Below, one piece after another: positions 9,415 through 19,145 of a DNA stretch of 64,000 nucleotides (the first letter of the stretch is position 1; the number at the start of each line of letters is the position of its first letter). The notes under the pieces were generated by a model that worked only from the letters and a program-made list of their open reading frames with translations, was not told the origin of the DNA and searched no databases. This DNA is from a virus: positions 3,858 through 67,857 of IMG/VR virus record IMGVR_UViG_3300032401_000008. One strand, 5' to 3'. Position numbers and translations under genes: made by a program.

Positions 9415-10872
9415 CTAGCTATCTTTATTGTCAAAATAACTACCAGGTACAACTTTTCGTTTTACAATAAACTCTTTATGCTTAGTATATTGTTTTAACC
9501 TATCTATGCTATGGTCATAAAGGTACTTACCCTTATCAATAAAGTCGATAACAATACCATATTTTTTTCCTTCTGCCGCTGTAAGCGATCTCATTTTCTG
9601 CACTGTTGCGACCTGAGAAGAAAGGCCCTCTGCGTTGATCACAGCATCCAGTTTTGGAATATTTAGTCCCTCCTTGCCCACAGTACTAATTATACAAGGA
9701 AGGCGTCCCGCGTTAATCTCTTCATAGTACCATTTTCTGCGCTCTGTTCTGCAATCCCCCTCAATGTATACGCTTTCTGGAAGTAATTGTTGTAAAATAT
9801 CTCCGTGGTCTCGTCTACGCACAATAATATATACTCTCTTTTTCTTTTCCATTAAAGATTTTGCAGCTTCAGCAATAAATCTGTTCCTCAATTCGTTTGT
9901 AACTACACGAGACCAATAGATATCTTGATACTCAAAAGAATAAGTTACAGAAGGAAACCAATCTTCTGGTAAATCATAAATAAATACAAGTGGTTTGGCT
10001 AGCCTTCCTGATTTGATGAGAGAATTAAAATTTCCCTTAGCAATTATTGGGCCTATGCCAGATTCTACTTCTAGTTTAGTAGCCCCTGTAGGCTTAGGAG
10101 TACCGCTTAACCCTATTTTGTATCCTATATTCTTAAAAAGACTAATTATTTTATTGCTTTTATCAGAAAAGGCGTGGTGACACTCGTCCAAAAGCAAAAC
10201 TTTTGCTGACACAACAGATTCCAATATCTTTTCGTTTCTTTCCAACAATCTTTCTGATTTTTTCTTGTCTTTTTTAGGAATTAGGTGTTTTAAAGCTTCG
10301 TAGCTAGTAACAACAATGTCACTCTCCTCAAAACGTCCTTCGGAGAATAACCCAATCGGTCTTCCTAAGCGTAAAGAAATGTTTCGCTGCGTTTGCGTAA
10401 CAACTTCTTTCCCACCTTGCGAAGCACTGGTAACTACCCAAACCGGATATTGATTTATGGAATTTATAATTCCAGAAATTATTTCTGTCTTTCCGGAGCG
10501 AATTGGTGCATGAATAATTCCGTAGCGATTATCTATTGCCGCACGAATAGATTTTAATTGAAAATCATCTAGTTGTATTCCGATTAAATTAGCATTTCCG
10601 CAAGGTGGGTAATCTTTAAGAAACTTAATGTTTATGTGGTAATTTTTTTCTTCAAAAAATCTAGTTATTCTTCTTGATAAACCTGCTGGAGCAGTTTGAT
10701 CTTGGTAAAAAAGACACTTTTTACCATCCCAAGCATAATTTTTGTATGCCTGTGTAAACATGTAGTTTTTTACAGTATAAGTAAGCTCTTCTTTTAATTC
10801 TTCCTTCAAATCATTAGGTAATGAAGGAAAAACCTGTAATTTATGTGGCCCTATTATTACTGTAATTATCAT
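9415..10872 (-). CDS. superfamily 2 DExH helicase (UvsW/XPB-like)
   Basis: APIRSGKT, LLLDECHH, GLSGTP, EGLNIPKLD, QKMRSL. Confidence 0.9.
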   Translation of the reverse strand: MIITVIIGPHKLQVFPSLPNDLKEELKEELTYTVKNYMFTQAYKNYAWDGKKCLFYQDQTAPAGLSRRITRFFEEKNYHINIKFLKDYPPCGNANLIGIQLDDFQLKSIRAAIDNRYGIIHAPIRSGKTEIISGIINSINQYPVWVVTSASQGGKEVVTQTQRNISLRLGRPIGLFSEGRFEESDIVVTSYEALKHLIPKKDKKKSERLLERNEKILESVVSAKVLLLDECHHAFSDKSNKIISLFKNIGYKIGLSGTPKPTGATKLEVESGIGPIIAKGNFNSLIKSGRLAKPLVFIYDLPEDWFPSVTYSFEYQDIYWSRVVTNELRNRFIAEAAKSLMEKKKRVYIIVRRRDHGDILQQLLPESVYIEGDCRTERRKWYYEEINAGRLPCIISTVGKEGLNIPKLDAVINAEGLSSQVATVQKMRSLTAAEGKKYGIVIDFIDKGKYLYDHSIDRLKQYTKHKEFIVKRKVVPGSYFDNKDS

Positions 10873-10943
10873 GCTTAAACTTAAAGACTACCTAATTAAC
10901 ACCTACTCTCCTAGAGAGGTGCGGTTTTCCTGGCTCTTTTAGT

Positions 10944-10972
10944 AATATACAGGACGGTTAGCGGGTTGTCAA
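10944..10972 (-). promoter_or_regulatory. sigma70-type promoter for the helicase
   Basis: TTGACA-17 nt-TATATT on the minus strand. Confidence 0.55.
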
Positions 10973-11772
10973 GAAGAAAGTTCGCTTAACGCCTTCTTTT
11001 TTTCCTTCAGCAGCTTGAAAGCGCGTCTGTGCATGCTGTCAACATCCATTCTAGTGGCCTTGAAGGTAGTTCTATGCTTGTGAAAAACAAAGGATCCTAG
11101 GCTCAACATCACCTTAAAACCAGCAGTACGAAGCACAGAGCAGTAGTGGTCATCCTCTCCCAAACCCATTCCAAAGTCTTCGTCAAGAAAACCCAAATCA
11201 GAAAATGTTTTTCTTTGAAAAGCTGCACAAAAAAAGGCTAAAGGAATTTTGCCTACATCAATGTATTTATCTTTATTGCTTTCATACAGTTTTCTAGAAT
11301 AAGCTTCTACCCCATCTTGATAACGAGGCAAGTTCAAATTCCAACGTAAGTTCAAATTCGTAGCTTCTTGCCAAGAAATCCTTGAATTTGTTACAGGACC
11401 AACAACTCCAATTTTTTCTTCCGTAACAAAAGGTTTTATTAGGGCTTGGTCCCAACGATAACCAACTTCAGTATCATTATTCAATAAAATTACATAATCC
11501 CCCTCAGCTTCTTTTATTCCTTGATTTGTAGCCTTTACGAAGCCTAAATTCCTTAGATTCTTTACTAATTTAGTATGGACGTTTGGTTTTTTTGCCTGCC
11601 TTAAAATTAATTTAAATTGATCTACTGAAGAACCATTGTCTACCCAAACGATCTCGTAGGGAATAGTAGTGTACTTACGAATACTAGAAAAGCATCTTAC
11701 TGTAAGTTCAGATTGGTTATATACAGGTACTACAATACTAATAATAGGTTTAAATCCATCTTTATGAGGCAT
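10969..11772 (-). CDS. glycosyltransferase family 2
   Basis: ISIVVPVYN, VDNGS, NLGFVKATNQG, LLNNDT, GEDDHY, FVFHK. Confidence 0.92.
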   Translation of the reverse strand: MPHKDGFKPIISIVVPVYNQSELTVRCFSSIRKYTTIPYEIVWVDNGSSVDQFKLILRQAKKPNVHTKLVKNLRNLGFVKATNQGIKEAEGDYVILLNNDTEVGYRWDQALIKPFVTEEKIGVVGPVTNSRISWQEATNLNLRWNLNLPRYQDGVEAYSRKLYESNKDKYIDVGKIPLAFFCAAFQRKTFSDLGFLDEDFGMGLGEDDHYCSVLRTAGFKVMLSLGSFVFHKHRTTFKATRMDVDSMHRRAFKLLKEKKKALSELSS

Positions 11773-11789
11773 AAGCTAACTCCTAAAAA

Positions 11790-12539
11790 CTAAACATGCT
11801 TTTTTCCACAAGCACGATTAAGCTCTTTGTCTTTCCAAGCTCGTTTTTCTCGTGTATCTCGTCCGTAATGAACTACCAAATCTCCTAACGAGCTAGGGCT
11901 AAAATAACCTATTGTATATCCCTGCTTAGCTGCTGCACAACTTACAGCATAGTCTACTCCGTATTTTAGTCCCTTTGGGTGTCCTCCTAGAGATAAAAAA
12001 GTATCTTTTCTAGACAACCTACAAACCCCATTTATCATCCACTTATTAGGGTTAAAAGATATAAGAACTTTTCCTTTATTTTTTATTTCAACAATTTTTC
12101 CCATTGGGGGTTTATACAACTTAAGCCCAGATCTTGTTGCAAAGGTTCCACCATTCCAAGACATATCCCAACCCAAAAAGGCTATCTTTGGATCATCCAA
12201 ATATTCATAAATTTTTACTAAACGAGACCCAAATTGTTTTGGAACATCTACGTCATCATCTACTTTCAATATGTATTTTCCTCTGGCATATTCTGCTAAA
12301 ATATTAGTTGCTTCAACACCTAAGTTATCGTCTAAACAAACAACCTTATGTACTCTACAATCCGCCATCCCATATGAGTATACCCAATCACAACTACCAT
12401 CTATGGACCCGTTATCGCAAAGTAAAACCTCAAAAGGAATATCCCCAACAGAATCTACTATTTTTGGTATATAGTTACTTGACAGATCTATTCTGTTGTG
12501 GGTCAAAATAAGAACAGAAAGTGTTGGGCAAGTTAACAC
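11790..12539 (-). CDS. glycosyltransferase family 2
   Basis: LSVLILTHNR, CDNGSIDGS, KVDDD (DxD). Confidence 0.9.
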   Translation of the reverse strand: MLTCPTLSVLILTHNRIDLSSNYIPKIVDSVGDIPFEVLLCDNGSIDGSCDWVYSYGMADCRVHKVVCLDDNLGVEATNILAEYARGKYILKVDDDVDVPKQFGSRLVKIYEYLDDPKIAFLGWDMSWNGGTFATRSGLKLYKPPMGKIVEIKNKGKVLISFNPNKWMINGVCRLSRKDTFLSLGGHPKGLKYGVDYAVSCAAAKQGYTIGYFSPSSLGDLVVHYGRDTREKRAWKDKELNRACGKKHV

Positions 12540-13459
12540 AGGGTTTTTAAATAGGTTTCAAAGTTCTTTGAAATTACATCCCAAGAAAATCTTTCTTCTT
12601 TTGCTGTCTTTAATCCTCCTGCTTTTAGCTTTTTGCACAAAGCAGTATTGTTTAGTAGCGTAGAAATTCCATGTTTAATTCCTTCTACGGTCCTTTTTAC
12701 AACAAAGGCATTTACGCCATTAATCACATAGTCTCTACTACCGCCGTCATCCGCAGTTACAACGGGGCAACCACAAGCCATTGCTTCCAATTGGGTTAAA
12801 GAAAAGCCTTCTGCCTGGTTTGCGCAGCAATACAAGCTAGAATGATTATACAGAGTATACAAACCTTCTTGCGTAGTATTTGTTCCTTCCATCTTTAGAT
12901 ATTTTATATTCGGTAAACTATGAACGGCTTTTAGAATAAGCTCTGTTCCTTTCCAAGGACGAGCAGACCCGTAAAGTAAAACGTGGTATGCTTTAGGTAT
13001 TTTTTCATCACACTTAAAAAGACTAGGGTCTATTCCTCCAGGAAAAACAGGTATATCATACTTTACCTTTACGTATTTAAGAATGTACTCTTTTGTAAAA
13101 GTAGAGTTAGTAGCAAGGTGAAATCCTTGCCGTAAAGCAGCAAGAGGTATATCCGGGTTTTTATAAAGCCCTTCAGGAGCTAAAACCCAAAAAACTTTTG
13201 CTTTTGCTTGAACAGCTAAAACCTCCCTGTACTGCTCTGCTAAGTTGAAAATTACTACATCTGCTTTGGAATAACTACTCAGTTTACTTATTTTATGTGT
13301 TGGTATTTTATTATGCAGCCAAAGACACGGGGTGCCTTTTGGAGTAAAAATTCTAACTTCATGTCCATATTTTTGAAGTCTATTAGCTACTTCTATAATT
13401 CTACGAATCCCACCGACAACTAACAAATGGGGTTCTATAAAGTATATAATCACGAGCAT
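12533..13459 (-). CDS. glycosyltransferase family 4 (GT-B)
   Basis: GGIRRI..GHEV, EGFSLTQLEAMACGCPVV. Confidence 0.92.
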   Translation of the reverse strand: MLVIIYFIEPHLLVVGGIRRIIEVANRLQKYGHEVRIFTPKGTPCLWLHNKIPTHKISKLSSYSKADVVIFNLAEQYREVLAVQAKAKVFWVLAPEGLYKNPDIPLAALRQGFHLATNSTFTKEYILKYVKVKYDIPVFPGGIDPSLFKCDEKIPKAYHVLLYGSARPWKGTELILKAVHSLPNIKYLKMEGTNTTQEGLYTLYNHSSLYCCANQAEGFSLTQLEAMACGCPVVTADDGGSRDYVINGVNAFVVKRTVEGIKHGISTLLNNTALCKKLKAGGLKTAKEERFSWDVISKNFETYLKTLC

Positions 13460-14436
13460 ATCTCTTTCAAACGTTGTTCAAATAGTCTGGAAGACTTATC
13501 CCAAGTAAAAGATTTTGCTAAGTTGATACCTTCTGCTATTAGCCTACCGCGCAAGGAACTATCTTTTTGCAAAGTAAAAAGATGCTCTAAAATTTCTTTT
13601 TCGTTTCTAGCCATAAGACAATTTTTACCAGAAACAACGTAACCATCCAATCCCTTATTTGGCATATAAATTACAGGCACACCACACGCCATCGCCTCAA
13701 GAACGGTTAAACCAAAACCTTCATTAGATGATGTAGAAATCCAAACAGACAAAGAGGAGTACACATCAGGAAGAATTTTTTGTGGCGCATTTATTATTAA
13801 CGAAAAAGGGCACGTAAACTTATCTAATAAAGTATTATTCTTATCATACTTTGAAGAAATAAGAAGGGGAATAACCTCTCCGTGTGTTGCAGCATAAAAG
13901 CTATTAGCAACGTTTATAAAGGTGTGTGTATTTTTACTAGAGCTTCTATGATATAAACCACCTATATGAAAATAGAATTTTTTAGCTATTTTAGGTTTAA
14001 AAATATTGTCGATTCCTGGAGGAACTATAAATACGTTTCTTTTTTTTCTATGTATAGCAAGATCATATAACCATTTAGAAGTAGTAATAACACCATCAAA
14101 ATCTCTAGATAAATTCTCTTCCTCTTTATCTTTATCTTGAGTCCCATAACCCTGTAAAAATAGTACACGCTTTGTTTTTTTCGGTATGGGGTGTAGACCT
14201 CCATCAAGGAAATCTACTACAACATCAGTATCTTTTTCAATATATTCTGTATAAGAACTTCCAACACGAAGAATAGGAAATTCAGGCTTAGGAAATAACC
14301 AAAACGCCCCTGCGCCGGTTTTGTTTGCCAAAACGTTTACAGTATGTCCTAATCTTGTAAGATACTGCGCCAAACGAAGAATTACGCGAACACCCCCACA
14401 GACATTTAAATGAGGAGAAATAAAAGAGATTTTCAT
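13450..14436 (-). CDS. glycosyltransferase family 4 (GT-B)
   Basis: CGGVRVI..GHTV, EGFGLTVLEAMACGVPVI; paralogue of the adjacent GT4. Confidence 0.92.
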   Translation of the reverse strand: MKISFISPHLNVCGGVRVILRLAQYLTRLGHTVNVLANKTGAGAFWLFPKPEFPILRVGSSYTEYIEKDTDVVVDFLDGGLHPIPKKTKRVLFLQGYGTQDKDKEEENLSRDFDGVITTSKWLYDLAIHRKKRNVFIVPPGIDNIFKPKIAKKFYFHIGGLYHRSSSKNTHTFINVANSFYAATHGEVIPLLISSKYDKNNTLLDKFTCPFSLIINAPQKILPDVYSSLSVWISTSSNEGFGLTVLEAMACGVPVIYMPNKGLDGYVVSGKNCLMARNEKEILEHLFTLQKDSSLRGRLIAEGINLAKSFTWDKSSRLFEQRLKEICS

Positions 14437-15071
14437 TTTTTTCTTTCCGACCAGTACAATTTTTTAGCCTTATCTCTTTCTTTTGTAGTATTTAAACCAG
14501 ATTCTTTAACACTAACCTCACCGTGGTGAAAAACAAATGCACTCTTTACCCAAACAGATTTGTAACCAAGACGGTGCCCACGATCACAAAAATCAGATTC
14601 TTGCCCATATAGCTTATACCTAGAATCAAAACCTTTTAATTCTTCCCAAACCTTTTTTCTAAAGCATAAACAAAACCCACTCAGGGGATCCTTAGAAAAC
14701 TGTACGCCCTCTTCTAAGTTTGCTATCTCTAATGTTGGAATTGTTTTTTGTACACTATGACAATTGTTTGTGCTTGGCCCAGTAAACCCAACTTCTTTCT
14801 TTTCTAAAGGAAGCAACAATTTATCTAACCATTCAGGTTGTACTATTTTGGTATCGTTGTTTAAAAGACAAATATACTTGCCCTTGCTTGTAAAAATTAG
14901 CTTATTCCAAGCTTCTGTTAAAGTTAATCCAGAGGTATAGTTATCAAGATAAGTAATAAGGTATTCTTTATTTTTTGTTATAGAAATACTATCTAAACAT
15001 TCTTGCTCAAGTTTAGCAACATATTCGTTTACTTTATAACCAATAACTATTATGTTGGTTTTATCCTCCAA
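14433..15071 (-). CDS. glycosyltransferase family 2
   Basis: AWNKLI..LLNNDT, SGFCLCF, YGQESDF, FVFHHG. Confidence 0.88.
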   Translation of the reverse strand: MEDKTNIIVIGYKVNEYVAKLEQECLDSISITKNKEYLITYLDNYTSGLTLTEAWNKLIFTSKGKYICLLNNDTKIVQPEWLDKLLLPLEKKEVGFTGPSTNNCHSVQKTIPTLEIANLEEGVQFSKDPLSGFCLCFRKKVWEELKGFDSRYKLYGQESDFCDRGHRLGYKSVWVKSAFVFHHGEVSVKESGLNTTKERDKAKKLYWSERKK

Positions 15072-15081
15072 AAAAAATATC

Positions 15082-15636
15082 CTAAAATAGAGAACTGTCT
15101 AAACCCATGTCTTTTATGTATTTATCCAACGCCTGTATTTTATTTTTTGCTAAGTCTAACTTTTTGTTGTTAAGTCTTGCCTCTATAGCCATTCCAAATT
15201 GGCATAAAGCAAAAGCGTCTACCTCGTCTGTTGTTTTTAAAACTTCAGAACCTTTGCCATAAGCACGGTAAACATACTCTCTCATTAAATCTTTAGGTGC
15301 AATTCCTTTTCCAATTATAAACTTTTTCAAAACAGTAGGTGGCACAATAAAAAATTTATACTCTTCTTCGAATAATTTTACTTTTAAAACTCCACCCAAC
15401 TCACCTAAATCAAATACTCTGCCTCGCGCACCAAAGGCATACCCCTCATAAAAAATATAATTTGGCTTATGCTCCACTAAAATAGAAGTTACCTTATTTC
15501 TAATTTCTATAAGTCTAGCTTCTCCTCTCTTTGTGCTTTTAATGGCAAAAGATTCAAGATAGTCTGACTCTTCGTTGTTGGTAATACATACCCCAGTAGA
15601 AGAAAGCGACGGGTCTATACCACAAAACTTAAGCAT
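15082..15636 (-). CDS. ruvC: RuvC-like Holliday junction resolvase
   Basis: GIDPSLSSTG, FYEGY, LGELGG, KKFIIGKGIAPK, DEVDA. Confidence 0.88.
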   Translation of the reverse strand: MLKFCGIDPSLSSTGVCITNNEESDYLESFAIKSTKRGEARLIEIRNKVTSILVEHKPNYIFYEGYAFGARGRVFDLGELGGVLKVKLFEEEYKFFIVPPTVLKKFIIGKGIAPKDLMREYVYRAYGKGSEVLKTTDEVDAFALCQFGMAIEARLNNKKLDLAKNKIQALDKYIKDMGLDSSLF

Positions 15637-15648
15637 CGCTTCTTTTCC

Positions 15649-16239
15649 TTAACTGGTTGTATTTGATTTAATTAGTGCATAGTGATCATCAAAAGTCAAC
15701 GGAGGAAAACTACAAGCATCTTCAATTAGATCATGAAACACATCAGGATCTTCAATTGCATAAAATTCAGAATCCAACAAAAACCTGAGTAAAGACATTA
15801 TAACGCTTTTGCTTATATCTCCGGTCTTATCTTTATTGTTGTAAAAACTTTTTGCTGTACTATCATTAATGCCTAAATTGAGATCTGAAATAGATAGGTC
15901 AAAGTCCAAACTAGCACTTGGTAGAATTACTCTAACCGGATTATCTAATCCTATCTTGTCCTTTATAGAAACAAAACGATAACACACCTTTTGAACGTTT
16001 AACGCAGTATGCGTGCTAATCAAAAGCCTAAAACCCGTAGGTCTGTTCTTGTGAACAAGCAAAGAACCCCGGCATTCTTCAACGTAGGCTTCTGTTTCTA
16101 TTGTATGGAAAATAGGTAATGCATTATACTGATCTACTCCGTCCCAAGTAACAGTTTCTCCAAAAACCATAAAATTAAGCATGTCCAAAATGTAACGTTT
16201 AGTTGCAGTAACAACCTGATCTTGCATATTATTCCCCAC
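15649..16239 (-). CDS. hypothetical protein
   Basis: 196 aa ORF within operon. Confidence 0.55.
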   Translation of the reverse strand: MGNNMQDQVVTATKRYILDMLNFMVFGETVTWDGVDQYNALPIFHTIETEAYVEECRGSLLVHKNRPTGFRLLISTHTALNVQKVCYRFVSIKDKIGLDNPVRVILPSASLDFDLSISDLNLGINDSTAKSFYNNKDKTGDISKSVIMSLLRFLLDSEFYAIEDPDVFHDLIEDACSFPPLTFDDHYALIKSNTTS

Positions 16240-16660
16240 TATCCCGCAAAGATTTTACAACATCCTTTACATTTTTCGACCAAAGCTCTTCTAGGTGCTT
16301 GCTAGCAGCATCCACCATATTATACAAAGAGTCAATATGCTCAACAACAGCTTTAAGGTCTCTATTCTTCAGGTCATTAGGGTTTTTTGATTTATATTTC
16401 ATATACCCATAAATTGCAGATTTTATATCTGGATAAAAAAACTTTGCTCCCCATACTGTCTTTTTTTCTTTAGTTACGCGGTCTTCTACCTCTTTCTTTA
16501 TTTCTATATTTATGCTGTGTGCAGAACAAACAAGTCTGGTGTTTGAATCCAGGTCCCCTAAAAAGTATACAGTTTTTCCCTTCCTCTTCTTCCTCTTTTT
16601 TCCTTCTTCTTCGTTTTCCTCTTCGTTTTCCTCTTCGTTTTCGTTTTCGTTTTCGTTCAC
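16229..16660 (-). CDS. hypothetical protein with acidic then basic N-terminal tail
   Basis: GTG start after AGAGGTG SD; NENENEEENEEENEEEGKKRKKRK. Confidence 0.55.
   Translation of the reverse strand: MNENENENEEENEEENEEEGKKRKKRKGKTVYFLGDLDSNTRLVCSAHSINIEIKKEVEDRVTKEKKTVWGAKFFYPDIKSAIYGYMKYKSKNPNDLKNRDLKAVVEHIDSLYNMVDAASKHLEELWSKNVKDVVKSLRDSGE
16610..16657 (-). repeat. microsatellite (GAAAAC)n / (GAAAACGAAGAG)2
   Basis: ttcgttttcctcttcgttttcctcttcgttttcgttttcgttttcgtt on the + strand. Confidence 0.8.
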
Positions 16661-16670
16661 GACAACACCT

Positions 16671-17096
16671 CTATTTATCTACTAAGTGTAGATTAAGTTT
16701 TTTCCCCATGATTGCTTTTACTTCATCCCCAGAGGGTTGAGCAATTCTGGATGTCTGCATTTTCCACTGACGAATACTTTCCTTGTATGAATCATACATT
16801 TGTTTGTTTTCTGACATAGGGTCAAGTTCAACGAATTCTGACCCCACTACATCACCAAGATGCTCTAAGGCAATTGGCATAAGAAACAGTTCCTTTTGAC
16901 TAGACTCTGTTGGAAAAATAGGGGTAAGGACAGCTCTAGAACTTTTTTCACTTACAGGAATTACTCGTAACGCCCTAGGTTCTTCAATCTTCACGCACAA
17001 AGATGTAGAGTGCTGATTTGGCAAAAAGCGTGGCTCAATCAAACCCACAATGTTAGTCCCGTCTGCAATAGTTACAATAACAAAATGCTTTTCCAT
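16671..17096 (-). CDS. hypothetical protein (possibly Sm-like fold)
   Basis: AGGAG SD; VIVTIADGTNIVGLI..VKIEEP pattern. Confidence 0.5.
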   Translation of the reverse strand: MEKHFVIVTIADGTNIVGLIEPRFLPNQHSTSLCVKIEEPRALRVIPVSEKSSRAVLTPIFPTESSQKELFLMPIALEHLGDVVGSEFVELDPMSENKQMYDSYKESIRQWKMQTSRIAQPSGDEVKAIMGKKLNLHLVDK

Positions 17097-17121
17097 TTTT
17101 TCTCCTAAAAGTTAAAGATTT

Positions 17122-18126
17122 TTAAGAAGAAATCTCGTCGAAAGCCTTTTTCCACAAAAGACAATTCTTGTCTATGTCAAAGTTTTCTTTAACATAATTA
17201 TACGCATTTTCTCCTAAACGAATTCTTTCCTCTTCATGGTCTAATAAAAATCTAACTGACTTGTACCATTCATCAACAGAGTCAACAAGAATACCTGTTT
17301 CTCCATTCTTTATTGTTTCTTTGTATGGACCAAAATTAGACGCAATTGTTGGAATCTTTAGTGCTGAGTATTCCAAAAACTTTAGATTACTTTTACATCT
17401 ATTAAATTTGTTTGGTGCTATTGGTGCAAGACCAATATCAATATCTAGCAAAGGGAAAACGGTAAAAAAGGATTCAAAATGTACAAGATTTACTTTTTGC
17501 GCCCCTGGAAAATCCATACTCCATAATTTTATATATGCGTCCCCATCTTGAACTAGTCTGTGAAGGCTCTTCCTTATTAGAGCAAGATCCTTTTCGTGTG
17601 TGTTAGATCCTTGCCAACAAACAACAGGCTTCTTTGATTGTCTTGGGCGAGGCTGATTTAGAACCTTAAAATCTATTGAGTTTGGAAGAATATATATATT
17701 TTTATTATAGTCATAGTAAACATCAGCTAAATATTCCTGAGTTACAAAAATAGCATCAACATTAGACAAAAACGCTCTAATGTACCCTTGAACAGTTTCA
17801 TTACTAAAAACCTTATGCGCCGGGTTCCATTTAGGAACATCAAACAAATTATCATCTATTTCGTAAATTAGTTTGGTTCCATTTTGCTTCATCTTCATCA
17901 TAGGTGAAAATACTTCAGGTCTATACTGCCGTTGAAAAACAGCAATATCATACTTGAAGTCTACATATTTTTTGTCAAAAATTCCTGTATTTTCATAGAT
18001 GTATTCGCCTGTAGTGTTACCACCAGTCATAGCATGAAGAGGGGCAAGCCCTCGGTAAAAAGAACAAGCAGACCTGTCTCCCTGAAAAAACACTATTCGT
18101 TTCTTACCCTCAAAATTTTCAGCCAT
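17122..18126 (-). CDS. glycosyltransferase (GT-B, GT4-like phage type)
   Basis: FQRQ, YEIDDNL, WQGSNTHEKDL, DIGLAP..FNRCKSNLKFLEYSAL. Confidence 0.9.
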   Translation of the reverse strand: MAENFEGKKRIVFFQGDRSACSFYRGLAPLHAMTGGNTTGEYIYENTGIFDKKYVDFKYDIAVFQRQYRPEVFSPMMKMKQNGTKLIYEIDDNLFDVPKWNPAHKVFSNETVQGYIRAFLSNVDAIFVTQEYLADVYYDYNKNIYILPNSIDFKVLNQPRPRQSKKPVVCWQGSNTHEKDLALIRKSLHRLVQDGDAYIKLWSMDFPGAQKVNLVHFESFFTVFPLLDIDIGLAPIAPNKFNRCKSNLKFLEYSALKIPTIASNFGPYKETIKNGETGILVDSVDEWYKSVRFLLDHEEERIRLGENAYNYVKENFDIDKNCLLWKKAFDEISS

Positions 18127-19132
18127 TCCGTGCCTCTTCCAGCGTTTTAAATGGGCCGGTTTTATTTTCTTCTTTTACAGCCTGTAAAAATACTTCTTCC
18201 AACTGATCTGCTGTTAGCTTGTTACACACCATTTTAGGGCAACGCCACTGCATATGCTCAGAAGTTTTCAAATTGAGATATCCAGGCAAAAATCTATTAA
18301 GTGTCCCAATAGGTCTATTGCATGGATGGTCTGCACAACCCCCGCTAAAACTAACATTAAAATTATTGCTATATCCAAAAAAGTTTTTATCCGTAGCGTT
18401 AAAGGTAACAACTGCCTGAATTCCTAGTGCGTTAGTACAATGTGCAAATAGGCTCTCTATCATTATACACGTCTTAGCATGAGGCAGAACACTAATTGTG
18501 TCCCTAATCGGCATTCCAAGAGCACTTATAACGCCTTCTTCCTTGATTGGTTCATCCTTGGCAGACCCAATTTGAACAAACTCAAACTTATCCTTGTACT
18601 TTTTTACTATGGGTAAAATGGTTTCGAACGGCAAATTTTTCATAGGCAAAACACCTGTAAGGTGTAAAAATACAACAGGTTTTGAGAATTGTTCCATAAA
18701 AGCCTTAGCCGCACATTTTTCCCACTCTGTTATGCTATAGTCTAAAGGCTTACCATCATAAACACAGTTATATAAATTACAAATTGCTTCTGGCAAGGTT
18801 TTTGCAGTTTGAAACGGGGAGTCTAAATAAGCATCATAAGGAAAATGATGTTTGAAAAATCTAATTTTTTCCTTTTTTGAAACAAACTCATCAAACAAAA
18901 GCTTAGTATCGTTATTAGAGTTAAACTGCGGATCATAAGTTATAAGCATGTCAATGTAAGGATTATGTGCCAACATATAGGGGTGTGTAGCTAAAACTAT
19001 AAGCCGATCTCTTGGGTAAGTATTTTTCATAGATCTAATCATAGGGGTTGCTGCTAGAACATCACCAGCCCCACCCTGCACTACAAGAACAATTGATTGA
19101 TCGTAATTTTTAACTCGCTCCTCGCCAATCAT
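18119..19132 (-). CDS. GT9-like (heptosyltransferase-type) glycosyltransferase
   Basis: GGAGDVLAATPMIRSMK, HNPYID, FVQIGS, IESLFAHCTNALG, C-terminal C..HPC...C...C. Confidence 0.8.
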   Translation of the reverse strand: MIGEERVKNYDQSIVLVVQGGAGDVLAATPMIRSMKNTYPRDRLIVLATHPYMLAHNPYIDMLITYDPQFNSNNDTKLLFDEFVSKKEKIRFFKHHFPYDAYLDSPFQTAKTLPEAICNLYNCVYDGKPLDYSITEWEKCAAKAFMEQFSKPVVFLHLTGVLPMKNLPFETILPIVKKYKDKFEFVQIGSAKDEPIKEEGVISALGMPIRDTISVLPHAKTCIMIESLFAHCTNALGIQAVVTFNATDKNFFGYSNNFNVSFSGGCADHPCNRPIGTLNRFLPGYLNLKTSEHMQWRCPKMVCNKLTADQLEEVFLQAVKEENKTGPFKTLEEARNG

Positions 19133-19145
19133 ACTTTTCTCCTAA

